NCBI GenBank assembly: GCA_021613535.1
Contig: CP075497.1
Coordinates: 2,170,001 to 2,234,000, forward strand
Direction of reading: 5' to 3'
Source of the DNA: Adineta vaga
Taxonomy: Eukaryota; Animalia; Rotifera
Length of the DNA stretch: 64,000 nucleotides
Shown: positions 25,661-39,447 of the stretch, piece by piece
How positions within the stretch are numbered: position 1 is the stretch's first letter
How the letters are laid out: the number at the start of each line of letters is the position of its first letter
The notes under the pieces: generated by a model
Databases searched by the model: none
What the model was told of the DNA's origin: nothing
Seen by the model: the letters and a program-made list of their open reading frames with translations, nothing else
Position numbers and translations under genes: made by a program

Positions 25661-25878
25661 ATTGTTTGTTACCACATAAGGTAAAGATCGAATCCACTTG
25701 AGATAGATTGTGTATACGAAGTGCAATACGTTGTCCAAATGAACCTGAAGTAATCATACAAGCCTTACGATCTTTAATTGTTTCAATAAATTGAATACAC
25801 TGATCACCATCTGTATAGGTGTTAAGATCGCAAACAATCGTCGTGTTCTGACAATCTTCGTTGTTATTGTCAATTTTA
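25661..25878 (-). pseudogene. Decayed fragment of a second ART-TPR family N-terminal domain
   Basis: Translates KIDNNNEDCQNT-TIVCDLNTYTDGDQCIQFIETIKDRKACMITSGSFGQRIALRIHNLSQVDSIFTLCGNKQ, matching about 24220-24445 of the neighbouring gene with a small deletion; no start, truncated at the MITE. Confidence 0.85.
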
Positions 25879-28046
25879 ATTACCTAAACAGTTACTAACA
25901 GTTGTTTGATGAAAATACATTCATTACGACTAGCTGCACATACTTTTCAGCTGGTTTTTTTTCTATTTCTCTTGGAATCAGAAGAAAGCTAGGCAAAAAT
26001 CCGTTAGCAACACAGAAAGAAAGAAAGAAGAAAATGTTTTTAAAGTATTGTTATTGATTGTGTCTTGAGGCATCCTTTTGTTTGAGAATCGAAAATTAGA
26101 ATAAATATTCGTAATTCAAATCTATAAACAATGTCAGACGAAATCATATTTATAATCATAATTATTTGTTCGTATTCAAATAAGGTTAGTACATTGAAAG
26201 AAAGAATAACATCAAAAACCATTTTCTGTATAAATTGATTGTATTTACAATAACTGATAACAAGTATTAGCATTTTTATCTATCTCGAAGAAGATATTCA
26301 GATATAAAATACCTGAAACTTCTTTAGATGATATTACGAAAGAAAAAGTGAGAAAAAACGTTGTTTTTGTTACTCCTTTCTGACAACAAATGAATATGCA
26401 GTGAGTGAGAAAAGAAGAACTTCTCATGTGATAATCTGCATGTGTATATAACTACTTGTGCTGATCATTAGACAGTATATTATAACATTTGATATCGTAT
26501 CAATAATAATATAAGAAAATTCGATTCAAAATGAACTACAATTCATATTATTAAATCGTACCATTATACAATTCTTTGATATTCACCGAGGTTGTATGTT
26601 CTTACAAAGACTTTGTTCTTTATTTCACTCACCGCTAATCAAAAACGATCGTCGACTGATATTTTATTTTTATCTATTGATTTGTTCTTGGAAAAAATAA
26701 AAAAAGAATCGTTATGTTAATAAACGTTTGTTAAGATTACTGGATTCATAAAAATGACAAATTTCAATTGTTCTATTGATAATAAAGAAACGAAACAAGG
26801 ACAAACGTTCTATAAATTATAAAAGCATAAATTTTTCTTCTTCTGCTTCTTCTTTTTCAAGAAAATTTTAATAGAGTAATTATTTTATCAACTATAGTCT
26901 CACATTTCAGCAGCGGTTCATTTTGTTTGACCTTGTTTTCTTATCGTTCAATAGAAAAAATGATTCAATTGAAATGAAATCAGATCCAACTCATTTTAAC
27001 TATAACGTAATCGTTTTATCATATGAATAATGAATGATACTTGACTAAATTTGTAAAATGATTCGATATTAGATCATGATTTTTCTAATAATTCTCATTT
27101 TCAATCAAAAACTAAGGAATATTAGAATAAATATATTCAAGGTTGTCAGATTTATTTTGAATATCTTCGATTCAAGTACTTTCAAGTGTATACGTCAGTT
27201 ATCAATATTCTCATCGAGTCTGTCAAGTTGTTCTATTCAAGAAAATTTAGTACGCGCAATTGAAACTATTGACTTTGAATTTCTATGATTTTCTTTTGTA
27301 TTCTTGACCTGTCGGTAATTGAAAGTGCCAATGATGATAATAGACACATCGAACAATACTACATTAAACATCACGACATACATATTTCTAAGGTTTCTTC
27401 TTCTAAGTTGTTTGATTATATGGCCTTAATGTGTACATAAACTGGCACAGTTAATCGAAATTCTGAAATATTCGATTAATGTTGCTCATTTTTGTATGGA
27501 ATGAGATGTTATTATTTTTACGATATTTATATTTTGATTCTGTCAATTTCAATTGGATTATCAATGATTCTGAAAAAGAAAGAATGTAGAGAGTACCCTT
27601 CATCAATGTTTTACTGGACGCCTCCAAAACTCTTGAAATTCTAAGAAGCGAGTGTGATTATAGGATCATAAATAAATGAATCAGTTCTATGTTACATACT
27701 TTTCATTCTTTCTCTACGTGCTTGTGTCAGTTTGATATTCGAAACAATCAAATATGATAGAGTCATCAAAAATAAAACTCTTGTTACTTCGTCTATTCAA
27801 TTAATTGAAACTCTATCTCTTCTCCTATCTGTGAAAGGATTGATCAGAATATATGTGTATGTGAAATCGTACGCATGAAAGACAAGTTCAGGGTTGAACA
27901 ATCCTTTCTTTCAACTATTGATGATTATCACAACTTGAGGTGTATATAGACAGAACAAACAAATATATATATATATATATACAACGATAGAAATTTGATA
28001 ACAGAAGAGGACTATATGTCCGTCTATGTCTGATGACTTGATTATG

Positions 28047-28068
28047 TCATCATCATCATCATCATCAT
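28047..28068. repeat. (CAT)n microsatellite
   Basis: About seven tandem TCA/CAT units. Confidence 0.8.
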
Positions 28069-28757
28069 CGACGATATTGTCATCGGTATACGATGTTTTC
28101 GCATTCGACTATCAAGGGAAAATGTATGTATATGTGAGTGTGACATTCGTTCAATCTTAATACATTCTGATGACGATTGATTTCACACTTTCCCTCCTCA
28201 TCATTCATTCACACTTATCAATCGAGATTTCTCACGAAAATCAATTGAACAAGAGAAACAGAAACAGAACATCCTTTTACTTTGCTCTCTTTCCCTCCCT
28301 TTCTTTGTCTTCCTCACCCATCGATAATGTACTACTTAGATGAAATACTAAAGAAAAGAGAGAGAGAGAGCACATTCGTGCGTATGTGTATAAATAAAAA
28401 CGAAAAATGACGACGTCATGAGAGAAGGAGAGGGAGAGAGAGAAAGTGAATATAATTTTCTTGTTCGATTCTCTTTTTTTTATGTACGATTTTATTTTAT
28501 AAATAGCAAAAGACACACGTAAATCCTCTTCTCTTACTCGATGTTCGATGTAACATATTTTCTGATCAAAGATTCGCATCTTCTATTATAGTCTCGATTG
28601 AATATTATTGTGGCCCTGAAAATTGTGTGGAGGTGTATGTTTATATCAATGACGCTATGTTTTCCTGTTCTGCTGTCTCCACCTGTTCCAATATCAATTG
28701 ATCAATTATCATTATACCAATTATTCTAATGTTCTTTCCAATTATTCCAACGAATGG

Positions 28758-30911
28758 ATGGCAAGAAGACTAATTTTTCTGTTCATTATTGCAGCCAGTC
28801 TGTCCACTGTGGTAAGTAACAATTTCAAATTTTTCCTTTCTTTTTTGGCTTATTTCATAAAAAAAACACGACCTTGTTTGAAGACTACTAGACATTTTTT
28901 AAGGAGATTTCAGATCAGTTCGATAGAATTTCTTCAGTAGTTTAAATCTTTCCTGTCAACATACAAGTGACAGTGTCTATTGATATTTGAATTAAAGATT
29001 GATAAATAAAAAGTAAAGATATGCACTAGTCGATTTGTTTTATCGAAATTAGACATAGAAAAAACACGTTGTTTATTGTCGTCAAAGAAAATTTACATCA
29101 AGTCATGTTTATAGTCCCACTTACACGATAAATAATGACGTAGGTTATCAGTTTTCCTGTCAAGGCTTAATGATGAAAATGATGATAATAATAATAACCA
29201 TGATGATGTATCATCCTATACGTTCATATCTGATAAGTATCTCAGCACATATAGAACATTTTTGTCTATGATACGTTCATTTTCATTCTTACTATCAATC
29301 TATACCATCATATTTATTTGATAGTATTTCTCTTTCCTTCCATGTTCATATCTATTTTGTTCACATACATAAAACACTGAAGGGATTATCAACAACATCG
29401 TGTTCGTTTGTCCACATTGTTTACTTGCATTTAGTATTACCTTTTGTATGTAACGAAATAGCATCAGCAGAAATAACGGTGACAACACAGGTGTGATTAG
29501 ACGACTATGAATACTATGTAAAGAATGTGCGCATGTTTGTATGCATTACTCTCTCGAAACGAGGTATTGAAGAGTGAGATGAAAAAATCGCCTCAGTAAA
29601 TGCAACACAATGACTGTAATAATATTGTTATTTTAAGAGACAGTAAAAACTGACTTTGTATTTTTCTCTTTTCTTTACTTACTTATAATGATGAGAGGAA
29701 AAAAGAAATCCGAAAATCATCAAGATCGTAAACAATATATTATAATCGCAATAATAGTTCGTAAAAAAAGTTACATCAGCAGTGAAAATCTATCCTCGAA
29801 TTTGTTCACTCGAACTGATTGAATTGGTTATTAGTAACAAAAGTTCAGAGTTCATTCAATTGTTTTCATTCTTTACAATCAATGAATAGGAAAAAGAAAG
29901 AGAGAAGTTACATCATGTATATAAACGAACATGATGGACATTTAATCTGAATAATATGAATTGTGGTTACGTCGTATTCTTATTTGATTTGTTTGGTGAA
30001 TGACAAGGTCAATAAGGTAGTGCAAACGAAAGTCTCACAAAATAATTACTAGGTGAAAACAAGAAGTAAAATGTTAATTAAAATTCTTTCGGAAAGAAAA
30101 ATCATTGATGAAAACAACAGATAGACAAGTTTAATTAACAAGTTATTTTCATTTTATCTTTAGCCATTGTTTTCCTTTTCAAAACCTATTGAACAAAAAC
30201 AATCGTTATCCTTTATTCAATATAAACCTGACAATAATCATCATTATCGACCATCATTAGTGAGCTTTTTACATCGACAACCTGATGGTACTCAATTAGC
30301 AACAACACGATATTATCGAATCGTTTTTCATTGTAATATTTTACCAGGGTCACTTTATCTTCGATTTTCAAAGAACAAACCTTATCGTACTGTCGTGCAA
30401 AATCGACAAGATCCATCCAGTAAATCTTTTCTTTCGTTCTTTTCCTTAAATTTCAAATATTATTTCTAGCAATCTTTGGTTTTCGATCCGTCGGAGCTTA
30501 TAGTCGTGTTCAAATTCAAAATCATCTCTCTGGATTTTGGTTATGTATGAATAAATATGGAAGAATAGTACCAAAAGTAAATCATTTATTGATAAGTTTC
30601 ATTCAAGAATTTGTTTTTCTGTATTTTAGTTGAATATTAGTGTGGATAATCTCGCTTGTACATTTCGTCAAAGTTCTGATGGACCTTATTTAAGATTAAT
30701 TTCTGAACTTGATCCATCTCGTCAGATGGTTTACAGTACTCTTCGTTTATTATCATTAAATCCTGTTCTTCATCGTCGATATGCTCACTATATGACGAAT
30801 GGAAATAATTTATTCAAACGTGAACAATGTGGTCGATTTATGTTTGATAGTCAAATTGATGAGAGATTATTCAATCGTACAAGAGATCCATTTTTTCGAT
30901 TGAAACATTAA
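28758..30911 (+). CDS. Fibroblast growth factor (secreted, divergent, FGF8/17/18-like), 4 coding exons
   Basis: Exon 1 28758-28811 signal peptide MARRLIFLFIIAASLSTV splices in phase to 30164; core gives RVQIQNHLSGFWLCMNKYGRIV and ACTFRQ; two core introns at typical FGF positions. Confidence 0.75.
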
Positions 30912-31284
30912 TTCTACTCGTTTTCCTTTGAAATTCATGGCTGAGTCAAATGTTTCCTATTTCGTTGTGTTCTTATTTATTATTAATTGTCGCGTCGATG
31001 TATATAATTACCCTGAAAAATTCTCTCGTTCTTTCGTATAAGCGCAGTTGATGCTTTGTTTATATATTTCTTTCGTTTTTTGATCGAATGTGAGTGTTTA
31101 TTTGTTTCTCTCTCTCTCTCTTTGTTTTTTTGATTGAATTACACAAAACGAAATTTATCATGAAGAGTCTGTAACTTCTAAATGACGAAAATTAGAAAAG
31201 AAAAGAATGAATGAACTTTTATTATTTATTTTGATCAAATATCAATACTATACAAGAAATCATTGAACAGAAAGATTTATTCAA

Positions 31285-32316
31285 CTAGGAATAATATTGA
31301 TATGTTGGTGACATCATATAATTCGCTGTTGGTAGATAACCACCACCTGCAACTTCATGCAATTGTTGTTGTTGTTGTTGCCAATTCATTAATTCATCAA
31401 GTGAATGACGAAATTGCCAAGATTTTGATGATGATGGTTTACCATCTACGATAGTCATACTACAATAATTCACTTTTCCGGCAAGATCAAATAATTGATC
31501 AGGTCTTGGATTACCATTCATTAAATGACGTGTCAAGACTTCAAGACTTGGTGCATGTGCAACAATTAAAACTGTTCCACCTGTTTTTCCATGTAGTTTT
31601 ATTAATTTTTTCATCATATCTTTCGAACGTTCATAATATTGATATTCACTTTCTAATGATCGAAGATTTTTCAATGATGAACGATAATATGGATCAATAT
31701 TTACACCATTAAGAACTAATTCTTGATCAGACATGAAATTAATTGGAACTTTTGAATACCAAGATGAACATTCAAATAAACTAAGATCAAGACGAATGGG
31801 AATATCTAATTTGATAAAAAATAAAATTCAATTTCAAATATCAATCAAAATCATCTCTTTACCTTTCCGACCCAGTCCACCAAGAATTTGATCGGCTGTT
31901 TGTATACTACGTATAGCAGGCGAGGAATAACATGCAACAACTGGTGTACTATATTTCGCTAAAGTACTTCCAACATTCCATGATTGTTGTAAACCATTTC
32001 GTGTTAATGGTGTATCGGTTTCATAATCAAATAGATTTGATCGCGCTGGTAATGATGGAGGCATATTTCCATCAGTTGGATAATATTGTCCATGATAGTT
32101 AAAAACTTGTTGTGTCCATCCACGACCATAGGTATTATCCATACGTTCTCCATGACGTATGATTATAAAACGAAGTAATGGTTCATTTCCATGGTCGCGA
32201 TTTTGATGATAATTTGATTCTTCCGATGTAAAATATCCGTTATTATATTGCATAGCTGGCTGTTGTTCTTGATAGGAGCGTGTCGAACGAAGATATCCAC
32301 CAAATTTTGAATGCAT
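31285..32316 (-). CDS. Histidine phosphatase (phosphoglycerate mutase fold), UBASH3/Sts/EPPase-like phosphatase domain
   Basis: IIRHGER, DTPLT, YSSPAIRSIQTA, VLIVAHAPSL; one intron near 31807-31862. Confidence 0.88.
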
Positions 32317-32954
32317 ATATCTATTGAAATAAAAATAAAAATGTCTGAGTCAATTTTATTTGTAGACAAACTAGTGTGCGAGTGATGTTTATCATATAAT
32401 CAGTATAAGTAACTAGTTATATACAAGAAAGGTTATTACCTTTTTCCCCCCCTCTCTCTCATTCTTCACTCTTTTCAATGATTTGCCGAAAGAACAGAAT
32501 ATGAAGATGAGTAATTGAAGAATCAAGCAAGCGGCACGCGGTGGTTTCATTTGTCAAAACATAAAGGATATACGTCAATATACATTTGAAAAAAAACGAG
32601 TATCGAGGAGAACTATTTACATGCGTGACTGATTCCTTTATTTTGATCGTCATTTTATTTGCAAGGAAATCGAAAAAAAAGAAAATGTATAATCATATCG
32701 AAAACAGAGCGACCGACAACTTATTTTTTTGCGAAAAAAAGGAAAATATGCCCTTTTTTTTATCATAATTTGATCAATTGAAATGATTAGAAGCAGAAAA
32801 TATACCCGTAAGAAAACAAAAAAAAGAAGGAAATTATGTTAGAATATTCACATGACTTCAAACAAAACAATATTTGAAATAAAAGAAAAAAAATAATCTG
32901 ATCATTCATGAGATCCTATCTGACAAAAGTTTGTTGTTTTTTCTTTTTATCATA

Positions 32955-34529
32955 TTAAAAACGATCCAAAGAAATTAGATGTCGATGACAACATTCTTGA
33001 CAGAGTAATTTATCATCTAAAGGATAACAACGACGATGTTGTTCGTCGCCTAATTGCATTGAACAATCCTATATTAAACAAAGTATTTTGTTTCAAATAT
33101 CCTTCAAATTCTCATCAAGATTAGTTACTTCACATTGATAACATTCAACATGAAAGGTTTTACCCATTGAAATTATTCGAATTGTTTCATTTGAATCCTA
33201 AGAGAAATCGATTCGTTTGATCGAAATTTTAGATATTCATATCAATCTTACCTCGTCAGGAAATATGATTTTCAAACATTTATCACATCGTGGTCCATAA
33301 GCCCTTAACAAACAAACAAACAAACAAACAAATCGATTGATTTCAATCAAGTCATCTTATCTTACTGATGATAATCATGAACACAAAAAAGATTTCTTTT
33401 TTTGTCTCGAATAAATGGTACACCATCCAAACTGATTGAACATTTTGAACATCGAAAACATGATAAATGATATGATTCACCCAATGCTTGTAAAATCTAA
33501 ACATAAATTTATTGTTTATTTATATAAAATCATTCCTAATTCATACAGTATCTGTTATCAAATGATTACAAGCAACACAATGTTCCAATGTTTGATGAAA
33601 ACCTGTATACTAAAATAGATTCGATTATTTTTTATGTCGTGTTCAAAACAAATCTTCATCTTACTAAAAAATCTTCTTCACAATATAATTGATCTTTAAT
33701 AAAGAAATGTTTGTTTTTTACAGATCGTCCGCAGATAACACAACAAGCACAAGAACTATGATAAGTTTGGCCAAGTATATCGCATGGATCATCGAAACTT
33801 GTTATTGATTCTCCACATTTACGACACTCTCCTAGAGAAACAATAATATTTTTATCTTTCTGGATCAATGAAATCGACTTACCAAAATAATCTTCAATCG
33901 TTGATTCATTTTCAATTGAAAGAGAATTTAGATGTTCCTCTTCAAGGTCATCTCTTTCTATTGGTGAACGATAGATTGTTTTTGAAGATTGTGGGGAATT
34001 GAAATCCGGAATAGTAATAGAATTTTTCTGATGAATCATCGATGAATTACGTGGTGGAATTGCCGGAGGATGAAGAGGATAACGTGGTGGTGGTGGTGGA
34101 GGAGGATGATCATGAGATGATGGTTGAGTTATATAAAGTTGAGTTGTATTTAAATAAGTTGTGCAGGTTTTTATTCCATTGGTTGGATATTGAGGTACAA
34201 GATTTGGTCGATGTATATAATTATGATTTGTTGTTGACGTTAATCGAGGTATTCGAATTGGTGGTGGTGGTTTTGAATCATCATTTTGATTGACTATATA
34301 ACTATCTAAAATGACAAATTAGGTTTAATTTGACAATCAGAAATAGATGAGTAATACGTTTTATTATCGATGGTTGTTCCTGAGAGTGAGTTTTATTAAC
34401 AATTGTTTCTTCATACGAAGGTGGAAGATGATTCAATGTTGGTGATGAAGATAATCGTTCCCAATTTGTTGGATTATTTATCTCCGATCGAGTGAAAGAT
34501 GAATTTCGATTGTCAAAAGCATATGCCAT
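32955..34529 (-). CDS. Triple-LIM protein, Ajuba/LIMD1/WTIP-zyxin family, copy 1
   Basis: Pro/Ser-rich N-terminus with LPPSY; LIM1 CRKC..YHSSCACCVIC..YCEEDF; ILQALGESYHLSCFRCSKC; YGPRCDKC; RRCYPLDDKLLCQEC. Confidence 0.9.
33307..33333. repeat. (AAAC)n microsatellite in LIM intron
   Basis: About six tandem AAAC units. Confidence 0.8.
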
Positions 34530-35198
34530 CTAGAGAAGAAAAAAAACAATAGTCTATTTGGTGAATATGTGTTCGATTTTCATCGACTTTAACTACATAT
34601 GTAAAGAAGTATTTTACTTGTATATAAAAGAACGAAAGAAGAAGAGAAGAAAAAAAACGATTTTGTTGATAATACTGGGTACATGAATAAAAAAAAAGAA
34701 GAAGAAGAAAGAATGAAAGTAAAACGAGTTTCGTTGAAAAATATACACATTGTATGAACTAAAGCGATCAAATGGAATGTGGATGGTGTATCATGTTCGG
34801 TATACATTCAAGAGATAAATGGAGATTAGAACAACACTTTTACGTTTGTTTTGAACTTCATCGGTTTTTTTTCTTCTTCTTTCTTTCTGTTTAACTAGAA
34901 AATGCCATACGAAATGAATAGTCATAAAACGAAATTTCTGCTTTTTACACATTCACACATTTTTAAATTTGATGTCGATGAGTGACTCTGTTTCAATCAA
35001 AGTATATTCAAAATTACAATTGACACTTTCATTTATTTGAATAGAAAAATGTCAAACAGAAGTCAATTTTTGTTCAATGTATTACAATACATTTGACCAT
35101 TTCTTTTTTTTTCTTTTCAAGCTAAGTGTACTTTATGACTTGTGTTTGAGATGATTCTTATCTCCCGTAGGACTGTAAAACTGAGACATTCGATAAGA

Positions 35199-35265
35199 TT
35201 ACTCAATATTAATGAAACTGATATAATGACTCATTGGATGAATCATTTGTTTTTCTCTTATAAAT
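35199..35265 (+). promoter_or_regulatory. Candidate AP-1/bZIP sites plus TATA box of DUF4419 gene
   Basis: TTACTCA 35199, TGACTCA 35227, TATAAAT 35259, ATG 35319. Confidence 0.45.
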
Positions 35266-35318
35266 GTGACAAACGTTTTTCGTCTCCTCGATAATAATAA
35301 CACGACAAAAACAGAAAA

Positions 35319-36526
35319 ATGACTACAATTACTTTTCCTGTTGCGAAAGTCGAGGTTTGTACAAAACAACATATTGAAGCAAATGATTTAACTGCAGAAG
35401 ATATAGCACGATGGACTGGAAAAGACTGTAAATTATCGTATGAAAATTATCAAACAAATTATCCATTATCTGCTGATTTAAATGGAAGCAATCATCGAGT
35501 TGAAAATGCTTTCGTTGCTACGATATACAAAGCTTATTGTGAACATTATCCACTTGAATTAAGTGTTGAAGATATTTGGGTTGCCATTGGCCAAGGTATT
35601 AGTATTCATCTCAATGAAAATGCTGAAAAATATCGAGAATTAATGGTTTCACATGAAGGTAAGAAGACATTAACTCTCCCAGTAGATAGTCTTCGAGTAC
35701 CTGATTCTGTTCGACCAAAAAATGGAAATAAATCTGTACCAGGAATTGATTGGTCAGCAGCCGTTTCACAAATGGGACTATTAATACGTCGTGACATGAA
35801 AGCAGACTTAGCAGCAATTATAACAACACCATTCTCTGGTACAACACCCGTTGAACAAGCCGTATTCGATTGTACATTGATGGATAGTGTAAAGTCATAT
35901 TATGATTTTCGCTTTAGTCTCTGCTGTGGTATTCCAAAAGTGACACTTCGTGGTTCACCTGCTGATTTTCAACAAGTGATCGATCGAATCAATCAACTTC
36001 GAATGATATTTACTGATTTCCATTGGTGGTTAGATGCACTTCTACCACATTTAAAAGAATTAAAATCAAGTGCTGAAGGAAAACCTAATGTTAAATGGTG
36101 GCAAAAAATTTGTCATAGTGTTGGAGGTGGTTCTGATATTAGTATGTTAGCAGGATGGTTAGCTGATTTTGTTCCGTAAGTACACATCAATATCAAAAGA
36201 AAATTTCAATATTGCTTTCTTTATAGATATACATCGGATGGTAAAGGTCATTATCGAAAAGCTCGTCGTGATCATCATCATTATACTCAAGTAAGTCATT
36301 TCTTTATGAAAGATTTATTAATCATCTTGTTTATTTTTAGGGTATGATCAATGGTATTGAATTTGGTGATTTTAATGAAAGTGTTACTCAAACAGATTTC
36401 ATTTTGGATGATAATGGACATGAAACAAAAATGAAAATCATTGCCGGATGTCTCGGTATTGGTCAAAATCCGAATACTGGTGCACTACGTCCATGTCTTG
36501 GATGGACAACTGCATTGATTCTCTGA
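35319..36526 (+). CDS. DUF4419 family protein (probable horizontal acquisition), two 3' introns
   Basis: NAFVATIYKAYCEHYPLELSVEDIW, HLNENAEKYR..VSHEGKKTL, CGIPKVTLRGS, AGWLADFVPY, LRPCLGW; introns about 36176-36226 and 36291-36340 splice in frame. Confidence 0.85.
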
Positions 36527-36622
36527 GAAAACACATACACATTGGCTATTCTTTTTATTTTTATGTATCAATATAGTGATCTAAAAGCGAGATATAATTA
36601 AAATATAATTTACAAATTTTCT

Positions 36623-39025
36623 TTAATCTTTTATTGTTTGTTCGAATAATGCTTTGCCAACATCATCACGATTGAATAATTCCGTACGCATTTGTCGTCC
36701 ATTACCCCAATCATAGAAATTAGGTGCAATCAATTGTAAATGAGAATCATCAGAATTCGATGTTGATTTTCGATGATAATTTCCATAGATTCGAACAATT
36801 TGATGTGGACCAAGTTCATAGATAGGAAATGTATATTGAAAACGTTGACCATCAACTGTTCGTTCGATATACCAACCACTTAAATCACGTGCTTGATTTC
36901 CTGTATTTTCAACTTCAACAAAACGACCATTAACATCAACAAATTTAATTAAAATATTTCCTACAATGCGAACAAAAGATATTCGTTAACTAGGATCATT
37001 TTGATAGTATTTTGTTTACCTTTGTATTTTCGTGTAATATGAATTTTACTTTTAAGAAATTTTTCATCAACTTCTGGAACATTGGTAGTAATCATATGAT
37101 TAGATCGATTAGTGGTTTCACTTTGTCCTTGAGCTCCATGATTGAAACGTCGTGTTGTACGTGTAGTTGTGGTTGTACGATTTTGGTCAATTGAACTTTG
37201 TTGAATACCATACAAATCAGCAGCATCCGATCGACTGGGAATAAGTGTTCTTTCTGTTGATCGATCACGATCAGTACTATCACCATGTGTTGAGGATGCT
37301 GTACCCGATGAAATTGTTTCATAAGTCCATCGATTACTTGGTTTTTCAACCTACAAAATATGATGAAAATAAAGACGAGAAATTCGTGGAGACGAAGAAA
37401 ATTGACTTCATTGATTCGAAGTATTGGTGTGATTTCATTTTGTCGTTTGATTGTTGTTGTTGTTGTTTCTGATAGATTTGGTTGAGAACGTCGAAATCCA
37501 AATGAATCTCCTCCACCTGTGACTGAATCAACGAAACGTTTTGTTGTTATCGTTGTATCTCTTAACGATGGTGCTGGTCGATATTCTGTTGTATTATATG
37601 CAGTTGTTGTTTCTGTAAGATTCGGTTGAGATCTTCGAAAATCGAAGGTACTTCCTCCAGTGAGACTTGAATCTAGATAATTTGTTGTTGTTGTTGTTGT
37701 TTTTGTTTGATGATGACTTGAATGATCAACAATTGGAGGACTTTCTTTTCTTCGATTCAATGAATTTAATAACGCTTCATAAATTCTTAGTTCTTCTTCA
37801 ACACTAAATCGAAGTGTATAAGCTAATTTATCTAATTCATCTTTCAATGCATTATATTCTGCTCGTGTTAAATCTGTTTCATGTTCAAGTCGAGCATGTT
37901 GTTCTGCATTTTTTCGTGCTTTATTTCTCAAATCATTCTCTAAATCTTGTAACATTCGTCGTTTACGTTGCATTTCTTCAGATAATGAACGATAATCATT
38001 TTGTAATTGATCATAGTCTTTTGTACTTTCATCCAAACGACTTTCAAATCGTTGCGTTTCTTCTCGACGTCGTCGTTCATCTGCAGAATAGAAATCTTAG
38101 TGTAAATGAAGCAACAAAAAGAAAAGACAACAATACCGCTTTCATCAAGTGGCAAACCGAGTTGAATCTTGTCTTGAATTTCTTTCAATCGAGAATTTAA
38201 TTGAACTTCAATATCCATTTGTTGATCTTTCGCCATTTGTTCGTAATCCATTTGAATCTGTTGTTTTATTGTATCTAAATAATCTCGATAGAAATTCTTT
38301 GATTCATGTGATATACGATTTAATAAACGTTGCCATTCATTGATTTCTTCTTGATTATAAGCTAAACGGAGATTATATCGTTCTCTTAATGATTGAATTT
38401 CATTTAAAAGATATTGTTTATCTAATTCTAATTGAGACCATTCAGCTAAATACGAACGAAATTTTGTTAATTCTCTTATAAAATCATCATCATGAGATTT
38501 GACTTGACCATTGCTGATATCAAGACGAAAATGAATTTTACGTAATTCTTCTTCTAATTCTTTTGTTAGATCGAAAAGTATGGAACATTTATCACGATAT
38601 AAATTGATCACATCAATAAAAACAACGGCAACTCGATCGATTATTTCCGTTTGTTCATCGAATATCTTTCCTTCGGCTTGAAAAATAATTTTTCGATGAT
38701 TTTGTTCACCTAAACGTCGAATAATTTCATCGAGTTCTTCTAAAAATTTCACACGATGTTCTCCTCCAATTCCCCAATTTGTAATTAATAGATTTAAATC
38801 ATCACGTAATTTTATATTTGCTCTTTCAAGATCATCTAAACCATGAAGTAATTCTTCTAAACGATCATTTAATGAATGAAGATAACGTTTTTCATCTTCA
38901 TCTTGTCGTTTTAGTGTCGAAACATTCTCTAAAGCATGTTCGATGGATTGTTTTTCATCCTGAACTTGACGATTGACTGTTGCATGAGTCGATAGTTCAG
39001 TTGAATAACGTTGAATTAATGCCAT
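36623..39025 (-). CDS. Divergent cytoplasmic intermediate filament protein with lamin-tail domain
   Basis: Coil 1A EKRYLHSLNDRL, rod end EELRIYEALL, LTD GRFVEVENTG..DLSGWYIER..YTFP; ends EQTIKD with no CaaX. Confidence 0.85.
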
Positions 39026-39447
39026 CGTAATGATTCAATTGATCGTATACATTCTTTTTCGTTTTCAAATGTATTTATACTTACATAATAACCATCGACG
39101 AATTTCTTTCTCAATCTCATCTGTTATTAAATCACCATTTGTAATTTATAGATTTTTAAAGCATTCTCTTTTTTCTAGACTCATTTAAAAAAGATTTATC
39201 ATTAGTCTTGACCTTCATGGTCATGTCCTTCAATGGAAAGTAGAGAATAAAAAGTTTGATGTGTGAATGAAATTCTTTTTTTTTTTTTTCTTCCTAGGGA
39301 ATAGAAACGGCGGTAACAATGATAATAGTTAATAAAAGAAAAAATTCAACAATAAACGATAACAAGATGGCACACGACAAGAAAAAACGTCACACATTTT
39401 TGTTCGTTCGAAAATTCATTCTTGGGTTTTTTGATCATCATCATTGT

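Noticed and set aside
36623-39025. Nuclear lamin
   Set aside because: No CaaX box and no clear NLS; fits a protostome cytoplasmic IF.
39026-39447. CCT1 to IF operon
   Set aside because: Spacer is over 400 bp and has a TATA-like element about 50 nt before the IF ATG.
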